This document shows positions 1 through 10,853 of a stretch of DNA of 32,000 nucleotides, piece by piece. The position numbers and the translations under genes were made by a program. The first letter of the stretch is position 1. Each line of letters opens with the position of its first letter. Source of the stretch: Halalkalibacterium halodurans (GTDB taxonomy: Bacteria; Bacillota; Bacilli; Bacillales; Bacillaceae_D); the NCBI RefSeq assembly GCF_004376175.1, contig NZ_SNUY01000004.1, positions 9,789 through 41,788 of the forward strand, in the 5' to 3' direction. Below the pieces are notes generated by a model. It made no database searches, was not told where the DNA came from, and worked only from the letters and a program-made list of their open reading frames with translations.

Positions 1-406
1 TTTCAACTTCCTGCCAATCAAAGATTTCCTTTTCGCGGAGCGCTTGTTTAAACATATCAATTGAGAAGTTTTCCTTTTTTAAATTGTGCTCTAATAGCTT
101 CCCATCCTGAATGAGAAGGGTTGGTGTACCGTCTAACCATTTACGAATCGCCCGGCTTTTCCAACTTAAACGAGTAGTGAAAAAGCCTAAAACCGCAATT
201 AATAAGAGAGAGGTTGTCATCAGCCAAAAGTTTAACGATGAATTAAACGCAAGATTGGCTGCGATCGCCCCAAGCATGACCATCGTAATAAAATCATGAT
301 TTGTCATCTGGGCCATCGAATGCTTCCCTAGTATACGATTCATAATTAGTAAAAAGCCAAACGACCAAATCGTGCGGAGTATGGTTTGAACGAGCTCCTG
401 AACCAC
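1..406 (-). CDS. DUF421/YetF-family membrane protein, N-terminal part (gene continues beyond the left edge)
   Basis: Absent from the ORF track because it is open at the window edge. Manual minus-strand translation from GTG 404-406 gives VVQELVQTILRTIWSFGFLLIMNRILGKHSMAQMTNHDFITMVMLGAIAANLAF...RKWLDGTPTLLIQDGKLLEHNLKKENFSIDMFKQALREKEIFDWQEVE. This resembles the LGK-x-x-x-SQ(I/M)T-x-xDF and (D/E)G-x-(I/L) pattern I remember from B. subtilis YetF-type proteins. AAGGGGA lies about 10 nt upstream of the GTG and an in-frame TAA lies just before it. Confidence 0.7.
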   Translation of the reverse strand, partial: MVQELVQTILRTIWSFGFLLIMNRILGKHSMAQMTNHDFITMVMLGAIAANLAFNSSLNFWLMTTSLLLIAVLGFFTTRLSWKSRAIRKWLDGTPTLLIQDGKLLEHNLKKENFSIDMFKQALREKEIFDWQEVE

Positions 407-488
407 GGTGCAAACATCCCCTTAATCATTTATTCAAATGATTCCCATTACTTGTATTTTTATTCTAATGGTAAACAGGGGCACTTCT

Positions 489-1121
489 TTATAAAATGCC
501 AGATTGTTCATTTTCCGTTTTCAAACGCTTGCTCTTCTCTCGTCTTTTCTTATAAAGCGTTAAAAGTGTAACGAGTAGGAGCAGAGCTAGCACCGCAATC
601 ATTCCGTAGGTTTCAATAAAATTTCCAACATAGCTGATCGATTCATGGAAGGAATAGCCGATCAAAAAATAAACCGAGCTCCAAATTACTTGTGAGGGAG
701 CGGCGGCGACTAAAAACTGGTGAAATCGATAGTTTGATAGCCCAACCGAAAATGGAGTGGCATGGCGAAGGAATGGTAAATAGTAACCGAAAGCTACAGC
801 CCAAAGGCCGTATCGGTTAAGAAAAGCCTCCCCCTTCTCCACCCGAACGACAAAGAGACGGGTATCTTTTAATTTTTGCAAGGAAGGTTTGCCCCCCCAC
901 TGACCAAAACCATACAGTAAAATTCCATGGGCGATTACACTAGCGATGATCGTGAAATAGGTTGGGATTGGCTCTAACATCGAAGTAGTGGAAAGGAAGC
1001 CTCCTGTCATTAGAAGTATTTCATTGGGGACAGGAAAAAGAAACAAACCGATCAAAAAAAAGACGAAAATGGCACAATAACTCCATTCTTGTACAAGGAC
1101 ATTGATCGTCTGAATATCCAA
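489..1121 (-). CDS. DedA/SNARE-associated (VTT domain) family membrane protein
   Basis: Track ORF 489..1172. Multi-TM protein with the PVPNEILLMTGGFL and YGLWAVAFGYYLPFLRHATPFSVGLS segments typical of DedA proteins. I prefer TTG at 1119-1121 (MDIQTINVL...) because AAAGGGAGGGGG lies 9 nt upstream. The longer ATG start at 1172 has no RBS. Confidence 0.8.
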   Translation of the reverse strand: MDIQTINVLVQEWSYCAIFVFFLIGLFLFPVPNEILLMTGGFLSTTSMLEPIPTYFTIIASVIAHGILLYGFGQWGGKPSLQKLKDTRLFVVRVEKGEAFLNRYGLWAVAFGYYLPFLRHATPFSVGLSNYRFHQFLVAAAPSQVIWSSVYFLIGYSFHESISYVGNFIETYGMIAVLALLLLVTLLTLYKKRREKSKRLKTENEQSGIL

Positions 1122-1238
1122 CTTACCTAGCCCCCTCCCTTTGACTTTTGTAGTTGTAAAATAGTATACCATGAAAAAGTTGAAAAAGTTTGAAATCTTT
1201 TTTTGCTTTATTCACGTTTTTCTTACTGCTAAAACTTA

Positions 1239-1268
1239 AGCCGCCTTTCATTTTGACCAAAGGCGGCT
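1239..1268 (-). terminator. Hairpin terminator downstream of the 1275..1478 ORF
   Basis: agccgccttt (1239-1248) pairs perfectly with aaaggcggct (1259-1268), a 10-bp stem with a 10-nt loop. It lies 7 nt after the stop. The T-run after it on the minus strand is only moderate. Confidence 0.55.
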
Positions 1269-1274
1269 CGCTCA

Positions 1275-1478
1275 TTATGTATTAGAAAAGTACTCTTTGA
1301 AATAACCAGCGACTTTTCCCGTATTATCAACAATAAAATAAAATTCTTCCGTTTCATTTTTGACTTCATACGTTTTTCCTGGCGTTAATACTCCACTCAC
1401 TTTAAATTTCTTTGCGTCCGTATGTACGCATGTAACGGTCTTCAATGTTTCTTTTGTCGTCCACGTTTCATGAATCAC
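1275..1478 (-). CDS. Small hypothetical protein (about 67 aa)
   Basis: Track ORF 1275..1502. AAGGGGAG lies 8 nt upstream of an in-frame GTG at 1476-1478 (VIHETWTTKETLKTV...), so I trim the start. It is followed by a hairpin. I recognise no family. Confidence 0.45.
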   Translation of the reverse strand: MIHETWTTKETLKTVTCVHTDAKKFKVSGVLTPGKTYEVKNETEEFYFIVDNTGKVAGYFKEYFSNT

Positions 1479-1614
1479 ATCGTTCACTCCCCTTAAATAC
1501 ACTTAACTCCATATCCATTATATAACGAATGGGCCAATAAAGAAAACTCACTCGGCGCACCAGTTAGTAAAACTAGCTTGCCACCAAAATCCTTTAACCT
1601 AAGCTGTTATTTAA

Positions 1615-1644
1615 CAAAAAGCCCTAGAGATTCAACTCTAGAGC
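1615..1644 (-). terminator. Rho-independent terminator of odhAB
   Basis: On the minus strand gcucuagag / cucuagggc form a 9-bp stem (one G-U) with loop uugaa, followed by uuuuug. It lies 15 nt after the odhB stop. Confidence 0.75.
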
Positions 1645-1658
1645 TTTTCATAGAACCA

Positions 1659-2894
1659 TTAACTATCTAAGAGCAACGATTCTGGATCTTCTAGCATTTC
1701 TTTGACTCGTACGAGGAAGCTTACCGCTTCTTTCCCATCTACAATTCGATGATCGTAGGAAAGGGCAATGTACATCATCGGACGATTTTCAAAGTTTTCT
1801 TCGTCAATTGCCACAGGGCGCCATTGAATCTTATGCATTCCTAAGATCCCCACTTGAGGCGCATTTAAAATCGGTGTTGACCAAAGAGAGCCAAACACGC
1901 CGCCATTAGTGATCGTAAACGTTCCTCCTTGCAATTCTGAAAGGGAGAGCTTATTCTCACGTGCTTTCTTTCCAAGGTGCATGATTTCTCTTTCTATGCC
2001 TGCGAAACCGAGGCGATCTGCATCGCGGACAACAGGAACAACAAGGCCCTCGTCTGTCGATACGGCGATGCCGATGTCATAATATTTTTTCAGTAAGATT
2101 TCATCTCCTTGGATCTCGGCGTTAAGAAGCGGGAACTCTTTTAATGCGCCGATAACTGCTTTTGTAAAGAAAGACATGAATCCGAGCTTCACATCATGCT
2201 TCTCAAAAAATTGGTCTTTGCGGCGCTTTCTAAGTTCCATTACCGCCGACATATCTACCTCATTAAACGTTGTAAGCATGGCTGCTGTTTGCTGTGCTTC
2301 GACAAGACGCTTGGCGATCGTTTGACGGCGACGGGACATTTTTATTCGCTCCACTGGCTTTCCTGGTGATTCAACGTTAGCTGCGGCAGGAGCCGCTTTT
2401 TTCTCAGGTGCCTTCGCCGGAGCAGAAGCTGCTGGTTTCTCTTCATATGAAGCCACATCCTGCTTGCGCAAACGTCCTAACGGGTCAGCTGTTGGCACAG
2501 CTTCCAAATCAATCCCTTTCTCCCGCGCAAGCTTTCGTGCCGCTGGTGACGCGACCGGACGATTCCCAGGGGCAGGGGCTGCTTCCTCAGAAGCTACACG
2601 AGAAACCTTCTTCTCTTCTTTCGGAGCCTCTGCTTGTTCGGTTGAAGCCGTAGGAGAGTCGCCTTCCGCTAGAACGGCGATCACTTCTCCTACCTCGACT
2701 GTGTCACCTTCTTCTCTTTTTAGTTCTTGAATGACACCCGAGTGCTCTGCCGTAATTTCTACATTGACTTTATCTGTTTCAAGCTCTGCAATGTATTCCC
2801 CTTGGGATACGTGGTCCCCAACCTTTTTCAACCATTGCGCGATGGTTCCTTCTGTAATCGATTCTGCTAGTTCCGGTACTTTAATTTCAATCAC
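1659..2894 (-). CDS. odhB: Dihydrolipoyllysine-residue succinyltransferase, E2 of 2-oxoglutarate dehydrogenase
   Basis: N-terminal lipoyl domain with [10 protein letters not shown], an Ala/Pro-rich linker, a peripheral subunit-binding domain ([15 protein letters not shown]) and a catalytic domain with [12 protein letters not shown] start with GGGAGG 8 nt upstream. It sits directly downstream of the E1 gene. Confidence 0.96.
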   Translation of the reverse strand: MIEIKVPELAESITEGTIAQWLKKVGDHVSQGEYIAELETDKVNVEITAEHSGVIQELKREEGDTVEVGEVIAVLAEGDSPTASTEQAEAPKEEKKVSRVASEEAAPAPGNRPVASPAARKLAREKGIDLEAVPTADPLGRLRKQDVASYEEKPAASAPAKAPEKKAAPAAANVESPGKPVERIKMSRRRQTIAKRLVEAQQTAAMLTTFNEVDMSAVMELRKRRKDQFFEKHDVKLGFMSFFTKAVIGALKEFPLLNAEIQGDEILLKKYYDIGIAVSTDEGLVVPVVRDADRLGFAGIEREIMHLGKKARENKLSLSELQGGTFTITNGGVFGSLWSTPILNAPQVGILGMHKIQWRPVAIDEENFENRPMMYIALSYDHRIVDGKEAVSFLVRVKEMLEDPESLLLDS

Positions 2895-2914
2895 GATGAT
2901 GGCCTCCCTTTGCG

Positions 2915-5752
2915 TTATCGAGTCAAAGTTTCTGTTACGATGCGTTCTTGTTCTTGTTTATGAATGATAGGGTCGCCTTCCGCTGGACTTGAGCGATACG
3001 TGCGGCCTTCGTAGCGAACATTGATTCCGTTAGGAGCAGCACGGCGAATTTTCGACTGAACAAACGGCCAAGCTCCCATATTTCGTGGTTCTTCTTGCGA
3101 CCAAACGATTTCCTTTACGTTCGGATAGCGGGCAAAGATTTCTTGTAGCGGCTCTTTCGGGAATGGATATAACTGTTCAACGCGAACGATGTGCACCCAA
3201 TCCCAATCTTTATCCGCCTCTTTTTCAATCCGATCTTGCAAATCAATGGCAATCTTTCCACTACAAAGAACAATCCGTTCTACCTTCTCATGGCTTTCCC
3301 CTAAATTTGGTTGCTCCAAAACGGTTTTAAATCTTCCTGTCGTCAGCTCTTCCACGGAAGAGGCAACCTTTTGGTTTCGCAACAAGCTTTTTGGCGTCAT
3401 CATTATGAGTGGGCGCACAGAATCTGTATTTAATATCGCTGCTTGGCGGCGAAGAATGTGGAAGTATTGCGCTGCTGACGTACAGTTTGCAATCGTCCAG
3501 TTATTCTCTGCTGCTAAGACGAGGAACCGCTCGAGCCTTGCACTTGAATGCTCAGGTCCTTGCCCTTCGTAGCCATGTGGAAGCAAGCAGACTAGACCTG
3601 ATTTTTGTCCCCATTTTGCTCGGCCGGCAGACACCCATTGGTCAAACATAACTTGGGCTCCGTTCGCAAAGTCGCCGAATTGAGCTTCCCAGAGTACGAG
3701 CGTCTCCGGAGCAAATACGTTATAGCCATATTCAAAGCCGACAATCGCCATTTCACTTAACGGGCTATTGTGGACCGCAAACGAGGCATTCGCATGACGG
3801 AATGATTGTAAAGGCGAGTGCACATCGTTTGTGCGAGAATCATGCAATACAAGGTGACGGTGGGCGAATGTTCCACGTTCAGAGTCTTGACCCGTCAAAC
3901 GAATTGGCGTGCCGTCATGTAAAATCGTCGCAAAAGCGAGAGTCTCAGCTAATGCCCAGTCGACCTTTCCATCACCATCAAAAACGTTCAGGCGCCGCTT
4001 TAAAATTTTCTCTAGCTTTGGATTCACCGAGAAGCTCTCTGGCCATTCGAGCAATTCATTATTGATCGCCTTTAACGTTTCACTCTGAACTCCTGTATCG
4101 AGTTTCGGAAGGCCATTCACCACTTCGACTGGAGGCGTATCTGGTAGATGTTCATCTGTGCGATTTCTTAACGTCTCCTCGTATACGCTTTGCAGTTTGT
4201 CTTGCACCTCATCATCAAGCTGCTTGACTGTTTGCTCGTCGATCAAACCTTTTTTAACTAGCTGCTTGCTATAAAGCTCGCGAACAGTCGGATGCTTGCG
4301 AATGATTTGATATACCCCAGGCTGTGTCACAGCCGGCTCATCCATTTCATTGTGTCCGAAGCGGCGATATCCAATTAAATCAATCAAGAAATCCTTCTTG
4401 AAGCGTTTCCGGTATTGGAAAGCAAGATGGACAGCTGCCAAACAGGCTTCCGGGTCATCGGCATTAACGTGTACAATCGGAATCTCAAACCCCTTGGCAG
4501 GATCACTCGAATATAGTGTTGAACGTGAATCGAATGTTTCTGTCGTAAACCCGATGTTGTTGTTCGCAATGATATGCAACGATCCACCTGTTTGATAACC
4601 GGTTAAGCGGCTAAGGTTCAATGTTTCTGTTACAACACCTTGACCAGGGAACGCGGCATCTCCATGAATTAAAATCGAGTAGGCTTTCATGATATCCTGC
4701 TCAGGAGCACCAGGTGATGTCCGATCCTCTTGGGCCGCTCGGGCGTACCCTTCAACGATTGGGCTTACGAACTCTAAGTGACTTGGGTTGTTCGCAAGCG
4801 TTAACCTTGCTTCGGCAGTATTTTCATCGCGAATTTGCCTGTCAGCTCCAAGGTGATATTTCACATCTCCCGTCCAGCCATAGTTAATTCCAATCGAGCC
4901 TTCCGATGGGAATAAATCTTTATTTAGCGAGTGTAAAAACTCAGCGAAAATCATTTCATATGGTTTGTTTAATACGTGTGCAAGGACATTCAAACGGCCG
5001 CGATGGGCCATGCCAATCATCACGTTTGTCGTTCCTTCATGAACAGCTTCTCGAACAACTTCATCTAGCATTGGCACTAAGGTATCTAAACCCTCGATCG
5101 AAAACCGTTTTTGTCCAACGAATGTCCGATGCAAAAACTTTTCGAATCCTTCTACATCAGTTAAGCGCTTAAGTAAGGATTTTCGTTGTTCAGTCGATAA
5201 GTTTGGTAAGTAGAGCCCAGATTCAATCATACGATTCAACCATTTGCGCTCTTCTTCATCGGTAACGTGTACAAATTCAAAAGCAATCGTCTTTGTATAA
5301 ACTTCTTTTAAATGATTGATCGCATCTAACCCATTCTTAACATGGGCAGGTGCATATGGACAGAGTAAGTCCACAGGTACGGAGCGAATGTCACTTTCTG
5401 TTAAGCCAAAACGATCCAAATCGAACATATCTTCCCTGCGCTGCTCTTTGAGAATTGGTTGAATATCCGCTGCTAAATGACCGAACGCACGAATATGATC
5501 AGCTAATTTCACTGCACCCACGAACTTCTTAATGACGTCTGGGTCAGTGATTGATGCTGCTGTAAACGTTGATTGCGTACGCTCTGGTGCTGTTGCCGGC
5601 GGTGGTCCCCATTTTTCAAATGCTTCTCTCAATTCATCATCGACCGCATTGGGATCCTTTTGGTACTCTTCATAAAGCTCTACTGCTACACCAAGGTTAG
5701 GACCATAAAATCCTTGCCAAGGCTCTTCCGACGTGTGCTCCTTGCTGGACAT
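2915..5752 (-). CDS. odhA: 2-oxoglutarate dehydrogenase E1 component
   Basis: A 945-aa ORF of the size and architecture of Bacillus OdhA (for example [39 protein letters not shown]). It lies 20 nt upstream of odhB on the same strand. Confidence 0.96.
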
Positions 5753-5801
5753 GAAAAAACCCCCTACTTTCTAGTCAGTCAAAAACTATCAAAGGTTTGT
5801 T

Positions 5802-5850
5802 TTATAACGCTTTCATCAAGTATTTTAACATGTTTGTCACATTTGCTCAA
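5802..5850 (-). promoter_or_regulatory. Putative sigma-A promoter of odhAB with an overlapping cre-like site
   Basis: Minus strand: TTGAGC (5850-5845), a 17-nt spacer, then TGtTAAAAT (extended -10, 5827-5822). Immediately downstream is ATGAAAGCGTTATAA (5816-5802), which fits WTGNAANCGNWNNCW with one mismatch at position 14. Confidence 0.45.
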
Positions 5851-6070
5851 AGGTAATCTGAATTTACGATTTTTCGCATAATTACGCGGGAAACTATTGG
5901 TCTATTAAGGTTTTTAAGTAGCAACGCGTTGCCGAATCAAGGCAAAACGACAAACTTAATTTAAGTCTTTAAATTCTGAAAATAAAGTCTTTTTTACTTC
6001 CTTTCATTTTCTTCCCTTGCATCCCTCTTCTTTTCATAGTATGGTGTGCTTAGTTTCAATGGGAAAGGTG

Positions 6071-6691
6071 ATGATGATGACCGCTACTGTAGACCAGCAA
6101 AACAACCAGATCCTCTCACCTCTTTGCTCAAACTGTCCAGAACCTTATTTCAAGAAAGCTCATCCAGATCTTCCGAATGCCGGTTGTTGTAGTTATAGCC
6201 CGACCTTTTCCTTATTCGAGCTATGGAAAATGGTTCAGAAAGATGAGCGCTTTGTCCGAAGGTTATTCGAACTCCCGACAGCTGAGGTGCTGGAAACAGA
6301 GGTAAAAGTACATGCCCACGTTCATGAAGGATACTCTGATCGTGATGACCTTTCCAGTCTTTCGCCGATTGAGCAAAGCGATTTAATTGAACGGTACTCT
6401 GTCTGTGTTTTTTTACGTAACGGCAAAGGCTGCATGCTGGATGCTAGCTTTAAAAATGCCGTTTGTCGCTCCTTCATCTGTCCTTCTGTTGAAGCGACCT
6501 TATCCAACGAATTACTACACGAGATCCAAGCTGCGATTCATGCCATTCAGCACGAAGCAAAGCAATTCCATACAACGTGTAAACAAGTTTTACAAGAGCT
6601 CGGGCTCTCCTTAAAAAAAGACCATGATGAAGTGATTCGATTTTTAAAACAATATTACCCAGAGCCAGACCTTCATGAAAAAAGGAGCTGA
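6071..6691 (+). CDS. Cysteine-cluster protein, possibly YkgJ/CxxCxxCC-type zinc or iron chelating family
   Basis: Track ORF 6017..6691 starts at an RBS-less TTG. GGAAAGGTG precedes three in-frame ATGs at 6071-6079. The protein has C-x2-C...GCC-x-Y near the N-terminus (CSNCPEPYFKKAHPDLPNAGCCSY) and further Cys (CVFL, GKGCML, CRSFICP). The family call is from memory of the motif only. Confidence 0.55.
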   Translation: MMMTATVDQQNNQILSPLCSNCPEPYFKKAHPDLPNAGCCSYSPTFSLFELWKMVQKDERFVRRLFELPTAEVLETEVKVHAHVHEGYSDRDDLSSLSPIEQSDLIERYSVCVFLRNGKGCMLDASFKNAVCRSFICPSVEATLSNELLHEIQAAIHAIQHEAKQFHTTCKQVLQELGLSLKKDHDEVIRFLKQYYPEPDLHEKRS

Positions 6692-6707
6692 TCTAGGCTC
6701 CTTTTTT
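6678..6707. terminator. Bidirectional terminator between the Cys-rich gene and ku
   Basis: aaaaaaggagc / gctcctttttt form a hairpin with an A-run on one side and a T-run on the other. It overlaps the TGA at 6689-6691 and lies 11 nt from the ku stop. Confidence 0.7.
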
Positions 6708-6717
6708 ACTACGTATA

Positions 6718-7560
6718 TTACGCATTTTTCTTCGTTTTGGCGTTTGTTCGCTTGCGTGGCGTTTTCTTTGCCCCTGCTTTTTTTGTTTTATCGATCGACG
6801 CTTGGAGCGCCTCCATCAAGTCGGTTACATTAGAAGCTGCTGGTTCTTTCTCCTTCGCTGTTACTGTCTGTTTTCCTGCCTTTTTGTTTTCAATCATTTC
6901 CATCAGTGCTTGTCGGTAGTCATCCTCATACTTATCAGGGTCAAACGTTGTCGTCAGTTGATCAATAAGCAAAAGGGCTGTATCGACTTCCTTTTTCGTT
7001 ACGTCTACCTTCTCAGGTACATTCGGCACTTGATCTACGGCTCTCACTTCATCGGGAAAATGGATCGTTTCCATAAGAAGCGTATTTTTGTATACACGAA
7101 TAACAGCCAGATGCTCTTTGGCACGAATGATGATTTTTGCAACACCGATTTTTTCCGACTCCGCTAGGGCTTCTCGTAATAACGTATAGGCTTTGCCCCC
7201 GCCATCTCCTGGAGACATGTAATAGCTCTTATCAAAGTAGATCGGGTCTATTTCCTGTAGTTTGACAAAGTCAATGATTTCTACCGCCTTATCTTCCTGC
7301 TCTTTTTTTAAAGAGGCAAGCTCCTCCTCATCAAGCTCAACGAACTTATTTTTCGCGTATTCATAAGCTTTCACAATATCATTTGGCTCCACTTCAGCAT
7401 CACAGTTGGGGCAAACCTTTAAATAATTAATCGGGGTCTTACATTCTTTGTGAAGCTGTCTTAAACGAACATCTTTATTTTCTGTTGCAGCATGCAATTT
7501 GATGGGGATATTCACAAGGCCAAAACTGATCGTTCCCTTCCACATCGTGTGAATCGTCAT
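6718..7560 (-). CDS. ku: Ku protein (non-homologous end joining)
   Basis: MTIHTMWKGTISFGLVNIPIKLHAATE is the canonical bacterial Ku N-terminus, and the C-terminal tail is Lys-rich. I trim the track ORF (to 7644) to the ATG at 7558-7560, which has GAAGGAAAGAAGGTG just upstream. Confidence 0.93.
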   Translation of the reverse strand: MTIHTMWKGTISFGLVNIPIKLHAATENKDVRLRQLHKECKTPINYLKVCPNCDAEVEPNDIVKAYEYAKNKFVELDEEELASLKKEQEDKAVEIIDFVKLQEIDPIYFDKSYYMSPGDGGGKAYTLLREALAESEKIGVAKIIIRAKEHLAVIRVYKNTLLMETIHFPDEVRAVDQVPNVPEKVDVTKKEVDTALLLIDQLTTTFDPDKYEDDYRQALMEMIENKKAGKQTVTAKEKEPAASNVTDLMEALQASIDKTKKAGAKKTPRKRTNAKTKKNA

Positions 7561-7702
7561 CACCTTCTTTCCTTCTTCCCTAGCCTTCATAATGTGTGAT
7601 GAAACCGGATTGATTATGTAACGGAAGTTTTTCTGAAACAGCATGTATCGGCCTCATTAAAAAATAAAAAACGGGTATTCGGATTTCATGGTGGAAAAGG
7701 GC

Positions 7703-9034
7703 TTATAAATCACCCTTCTCCAAATTCTTAATAAGTGTGGAAAAATCGACACCAAAGTTGTCTGTAATGTCGTGATCATTCACTTCATACCAATTGAAAG
7801 TATCGTATAACATAGCTTTATTGAAAGCACTTGAATTAAATCGTGGCTTACGCTTTTTATGGAGCTTCTCATTGAAAAGGATTTTGGCTCGTAAGGCATC
7901 AAACGAGTAACCTCTACCCATTCGCTCTACCTGCCTAATAATGCTGTTAATTGACTCCGTATAAGCATTAGTGAGCCTTTTATCAAAGTAGTTGAATATT
8001 TCGACATGCCAGTTGTCTACGGCTCTCACGAGGTCTTTATATGCGTCTTTAGAGTTGCTGGACATACAACGGTGTCTCCATTGACTATAACGAAGATGAC
8101 CTTCATCTGGATCAGGAGTATCCCATATCCAGTAAAACTCTTCTTTGAGTTCATAGGCTTCTTTTAAAGCAGGAAGATTACCTAACCAAGTATCTAAGAG
8201 GAATGATTCACGTTCATTTAGATCGTGTTTACGCTTTAGAAGGATAAACCTTTCACGCATAAGGGTACGTCTTTCTTTTTGGCTCATATGGGCTTTCAAA
8301 GACTTTCTGACGTTATCTAAGGCTTGATTAGCCATTCTAACTACATGAAACTTATCTACGACAACTTTAGCGTGTGGAAGGATAGTGTTCACTGCGTCTT
8401 TGTAGGGCTTCCACATATCCATTGTGACGTACTCAATGTAAGTCCTGTCACTGATTTCTGAAAGACGTTGGATGACTGTTTCCTTGTTACGGTTAGGCTT
8501 GATGTCATAAATAGTCCTGCGTTCAATATTAGTCAATACAAGCCGAGGTCTACGGATAATATGTATCTCGTCTATCCCAAGCCACTTAGGAGTTTCAAAC
8601 TGGTATTCACGTTCTTTGAGTGCCACATAGTCCTTAAAAACGTTCCTAATGGTTTTCTCGTCAACACCAACGCTTTCTGCGACTTCTACAAAGGTCTTAG
8701 ACATGGATTGCTCTTGAATGGACTTTAAAAGCCTTTTGGTCATACTACGCTTTTCATCTACAGATATTAGGCGTTCCCAGAAGGTAGATCCGCATTCACG
8801 ACACTTGTATCGTCTACGGTTCAATTGTAAGCCCACTCGCTTTAAACGAATGGGCAAATCCATAATTAGTTGATTTCTTGAACTGTGTTTGTACAACTTG
8901 TCAAAACCACATTCAGGACAACGTTCAGGTGGTCCGACTGCTTCAACTTTAAACATCATATCGGTTTCATTTTCTTGTGGCGGTTCTATTGTTTTAATGT
9001 ATGGTAGGGATAATAAGTCTGACATATTATTCAT
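7703..9034 (-). CDS. ISL3-family transposase
   Basis: 443 aa with an N-terminal double Cys-pair zinc ribbon (CPECG...CRECG) followed by the long DDE region (GIDEIH..., VTMDMWKPY, DKFHVV, NAYTESINS) that I associate with ISL3 transposases. The stop lies only 9 nt from the inverted-repeat arm at 7679-7694. Confidence 0.88.
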   Translation of the reverse strand: MNNMSDLLSLPYIKTIEPPQENETDMMFKVEAVGPPERCPECGFDKLYKHSSRNQLIMDLPIRLKRVGLQLNRRRYKCRECGSTFWERLISVDEKRSMTKRLLKSIQEQSMSKTFVEVAESVGVDEKTIRNVFKDYVALKEREYQFETPKWLGIDEIHIIRRPRLVLTNIERRTIYDIKPNRNKETVIQRLSEISDRTYIEYVTMDMWKPYKDAVNTILPHAKVVVDKFHVVRMANQALDNVRKSLKAHMSQKERRTLMRERFILLKRKHDLNERESFLLDTWLGNLPALKEAYELKEEFYWIWDTPDPDEGHLRYSQWRHRCMSSNSKDAYKDLVRAVDNWHVEIFNYFDKRLTNAYTESINSIIRQVERMGRGYSFDALRAKILFNEKLHKKRKPRFNSSAFNKAMLYDTFNWYEVNDHDITDNFGVDFSTLIKNLEKGDL

Positions 9035-9184
9035 CCTTTATTACTCTGCGGTGTTAAGGTATCAATTATAGATTTGATGTCGAAATCATCAGTGTTAAAT
9101 TATTTTTGTGACCACAAATGCACTTAGAAAATCCCTTAAAGCATTAGCTGGTTCACTTGAATAGGGAGTTGTAAAAAAGTTCCC

Positions 9185-10825
9185 TTAGCCTGCACAACAA
9201 GATAATTTCGAAATATCTTTATCGAACGTAAGTGCAGCTAATTTTAGCCCTTCAGCCATTGTTAAATATGGTGCTAGGGTTTCTGTTAAATCTTCTATCG
9301 TTAAGCCAAATTTAACAGCTAATGATGCTGCATAGATGACATCTCCTGCATTCTCAGATACAATATGAACCCCTAATACTTTTAGTGTTTCTGCATCTGC
9401 TACTAGTTTAAATACACCGGTTGTTTCACGGTTTACAATTGCTCTTGGAACAGCATCTAAAGGTAATACAGATGTCTTCACATCATACCCTTTCTCTTTT
9501 GCTTGTTCTTCTGTTAAACCAACCGTTGCAACCGTCGGATTCGTAAACGTAACAGCAGGAACTACCGATAAATCTATTTTTTTGTTTAATCCACCAATAG
9601 CATTATCAGTAATAATTCCACCTTCATAGGCTGCTACATATACAAATTGTGGTCCTAAAGTCACATCTCCTGCTGCATAAATCTTTTCATTACTTGTTTG
9701 ACCAAAATCATTGATCAGGATTTCATTATTTTTTCCAGTTTCAACACCTGCTGCACTTAAATTTAAAGAATCCGTATTTGGTTTTCTTCCAGTGGCAACA
9801 AGTAACTGATCTGATTCAATGACTTCTCTACTGCCATTTACTGTTACGTAAACCCTTTTTATCTCTCCACTTTGTTCAACACGCTCAAAAGTTGCCCCTT
9901 TGACAAGGTTTATACCCTGTTCAATTAACGCTTTTTCAACTGACTCTGAAATCTCAGGATCATACTCCTTTAAAAGTCGCTCACTTCTTTGCATAAGCGT
10001 TATTTCTGAACCTAAATGATGAAATAGTTGTCCAAGCTCCATTCCAATGTATCCTGAACCAATTACAGTTAATCGTTTTGGTATTTTCTTTAACTCAAGA
10101 AGTGTTGTACTAGTTAAATAGTCCATTTTTTCAAGTCCTGAAATTTGGGGCAACGAAGGCGATGCACCTGTTGCAATTAAAAAGCGTTTTGCAGATAACT
10201 TTGCCCCATTGACCTCAACCGTACTAGCATCAACGAATTTTGCTTCACCTTTAATTAAATCAAAATTATATTCATCAATTAAATCCATATATTTTTGATT
10301 CCGAAGTTCGCTCACCAATTTATCCTTTTGCGTGATTAAACTAGCTAAATCCACTTCTCCAGCGGATGTTTGTAAACCTATAAACGGATTGTCTTTTGAT
10401 AAATGATTGATTTCCCCTGCCCTAAGAAGAGTTTTTGACGGAACACAGCCAATATTCACACAGGTTCCCCCAACCGTTCCACGCTCAATCATTCCAACTT
10501 TTGCACCGTATTCTATAGCTTTAATTGCCGAAGAAAAGGCAGCAGCACCAGAACCAATAATAAGAAGGTCATAATTGTCTTCATTAATTAACGCCACGTT
10601 TTCTAGTGATGATACTTCTTCAATTTCTCCGGCTTGGTAATTTGCTTCATCAATCGCCTTTATTGCACTTTCAACCTCAATATCATCGGGCAGTTCAAAT
10701 ACTGCTTCACCACGACGATAACTAGACTCAATATTTTTAGCACCTATCTTTTCAAGTGCTGATTCTACGTGTTTTTCACAACTCGTACAAGTCATTCCTG
10801 AAATGTTTACCTTAAATTTATTCAT
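9185..10825 (-). CDS. merA: Mercuric reductase with a single N-terminal HMA (NmerA) domain
   Basis: GMTCTSC metal-binding motif, redox-active [21 protein letters not shown] Rossmann motifs and a C-terminal vicinal Cys pair (KLSCCAG). AAAGGAG lies 7 nt upstream of the ATG. Confidence 0.96.
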   Translation of the reverse strand: MNKFKVNISGMTCTSCEKHVESALEKIGAKNIESSYRRGEAVFELPDDIEVESAIKAIDEANYQAGEIEEVSSLENVALINEDNYDLLIIGSGAAAFSSAIKAIEYGAKVGMIERGTVGGTCVNIGCVPSKTLLRAGEINHLSKDNPFIGLQTSAGEVDLASLITQKDKLVSELRNQKYMDLIDEYNFDLIKGEAKFVDASTVEVNGAKLSAKRFLIATGASPSLPQISGLEKMDYLTSTTLLELKKIPKRLTVIGSGYIGMELGQLFHHLGSEITLMQRSERLLKEYDPEISESVEKALIEQGINLVKGATFERVEQSGEIKRVYVTVNGSREVIESDQLLVATGRKPNTDSLNLSAAGVETGKNNEILINDFGQTSNEKIYAAGDVTLGPQFVYVAAYEGGIITDNAIGGLNKKIDLSVVPAVTFTNPTVATVGLTEEQAKEKGYDVKTSVLPLDAVPRAIVNRETTGVFKLVADAETLKVLGVHIVSENAGDVIYAASLAVKFGLTIEDLTETLAPYLTMAEGLKLAALTFDKDISKLSCCAG

Positions 10826-10853
10826 AAAAAAGCTCCTTTCGTTAATTAATCTC

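Noticed and set aside
111-571. Plus-strand track ORFs 111..299 and 386..571
   Set aside because: 111..299 lies antisense to the well-supported DUF421-like reading frame. 386..571 spans an intergenic gap and the 3' end of the DedA gene. Neither has an RBS and their translations look random.
2408-5881. Numerous plus-strand ORFs of 80-127 aa inside odhB and odhA
   Set aside because: All are antisense to two long, motif-rich genes. Their Ser/Pro/Ala-rich composition is typical of antisense frames of coding DNA.
7561-7644. 28-aa N-terminal extension of Ku in the track ORF
   Set aside because: The canonical Ku N-terminus (MTIHTMWKG) begins at the internal ATG, which has a strong RBS. The extension has none.
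7561-7660. Forespore (sigma-G-type) promoters upstream of ku and of ligD (11426-11493)
   Set aside because: I looked for GHATR-17/18-CATNNTA. Only poor matches with wrong spacing were found (for example ACATA-n16-CACATTA before ku, CACTATA before ligD without a -35). These cannot be supported by eye.
9035-9184. Conventional ISL3 left inverted repeat between merA and the transposase gene
   Set aside because: Candidate GG-starting ends show only AT-rich partial similarity to the other end: gggaactttttt versus ggaagttttt at 7623, and gggattttctaag versus ggatttcatgg. These are weaker than the 14 of 16 match found beyond merR. They are kept only as a secondary possibility.
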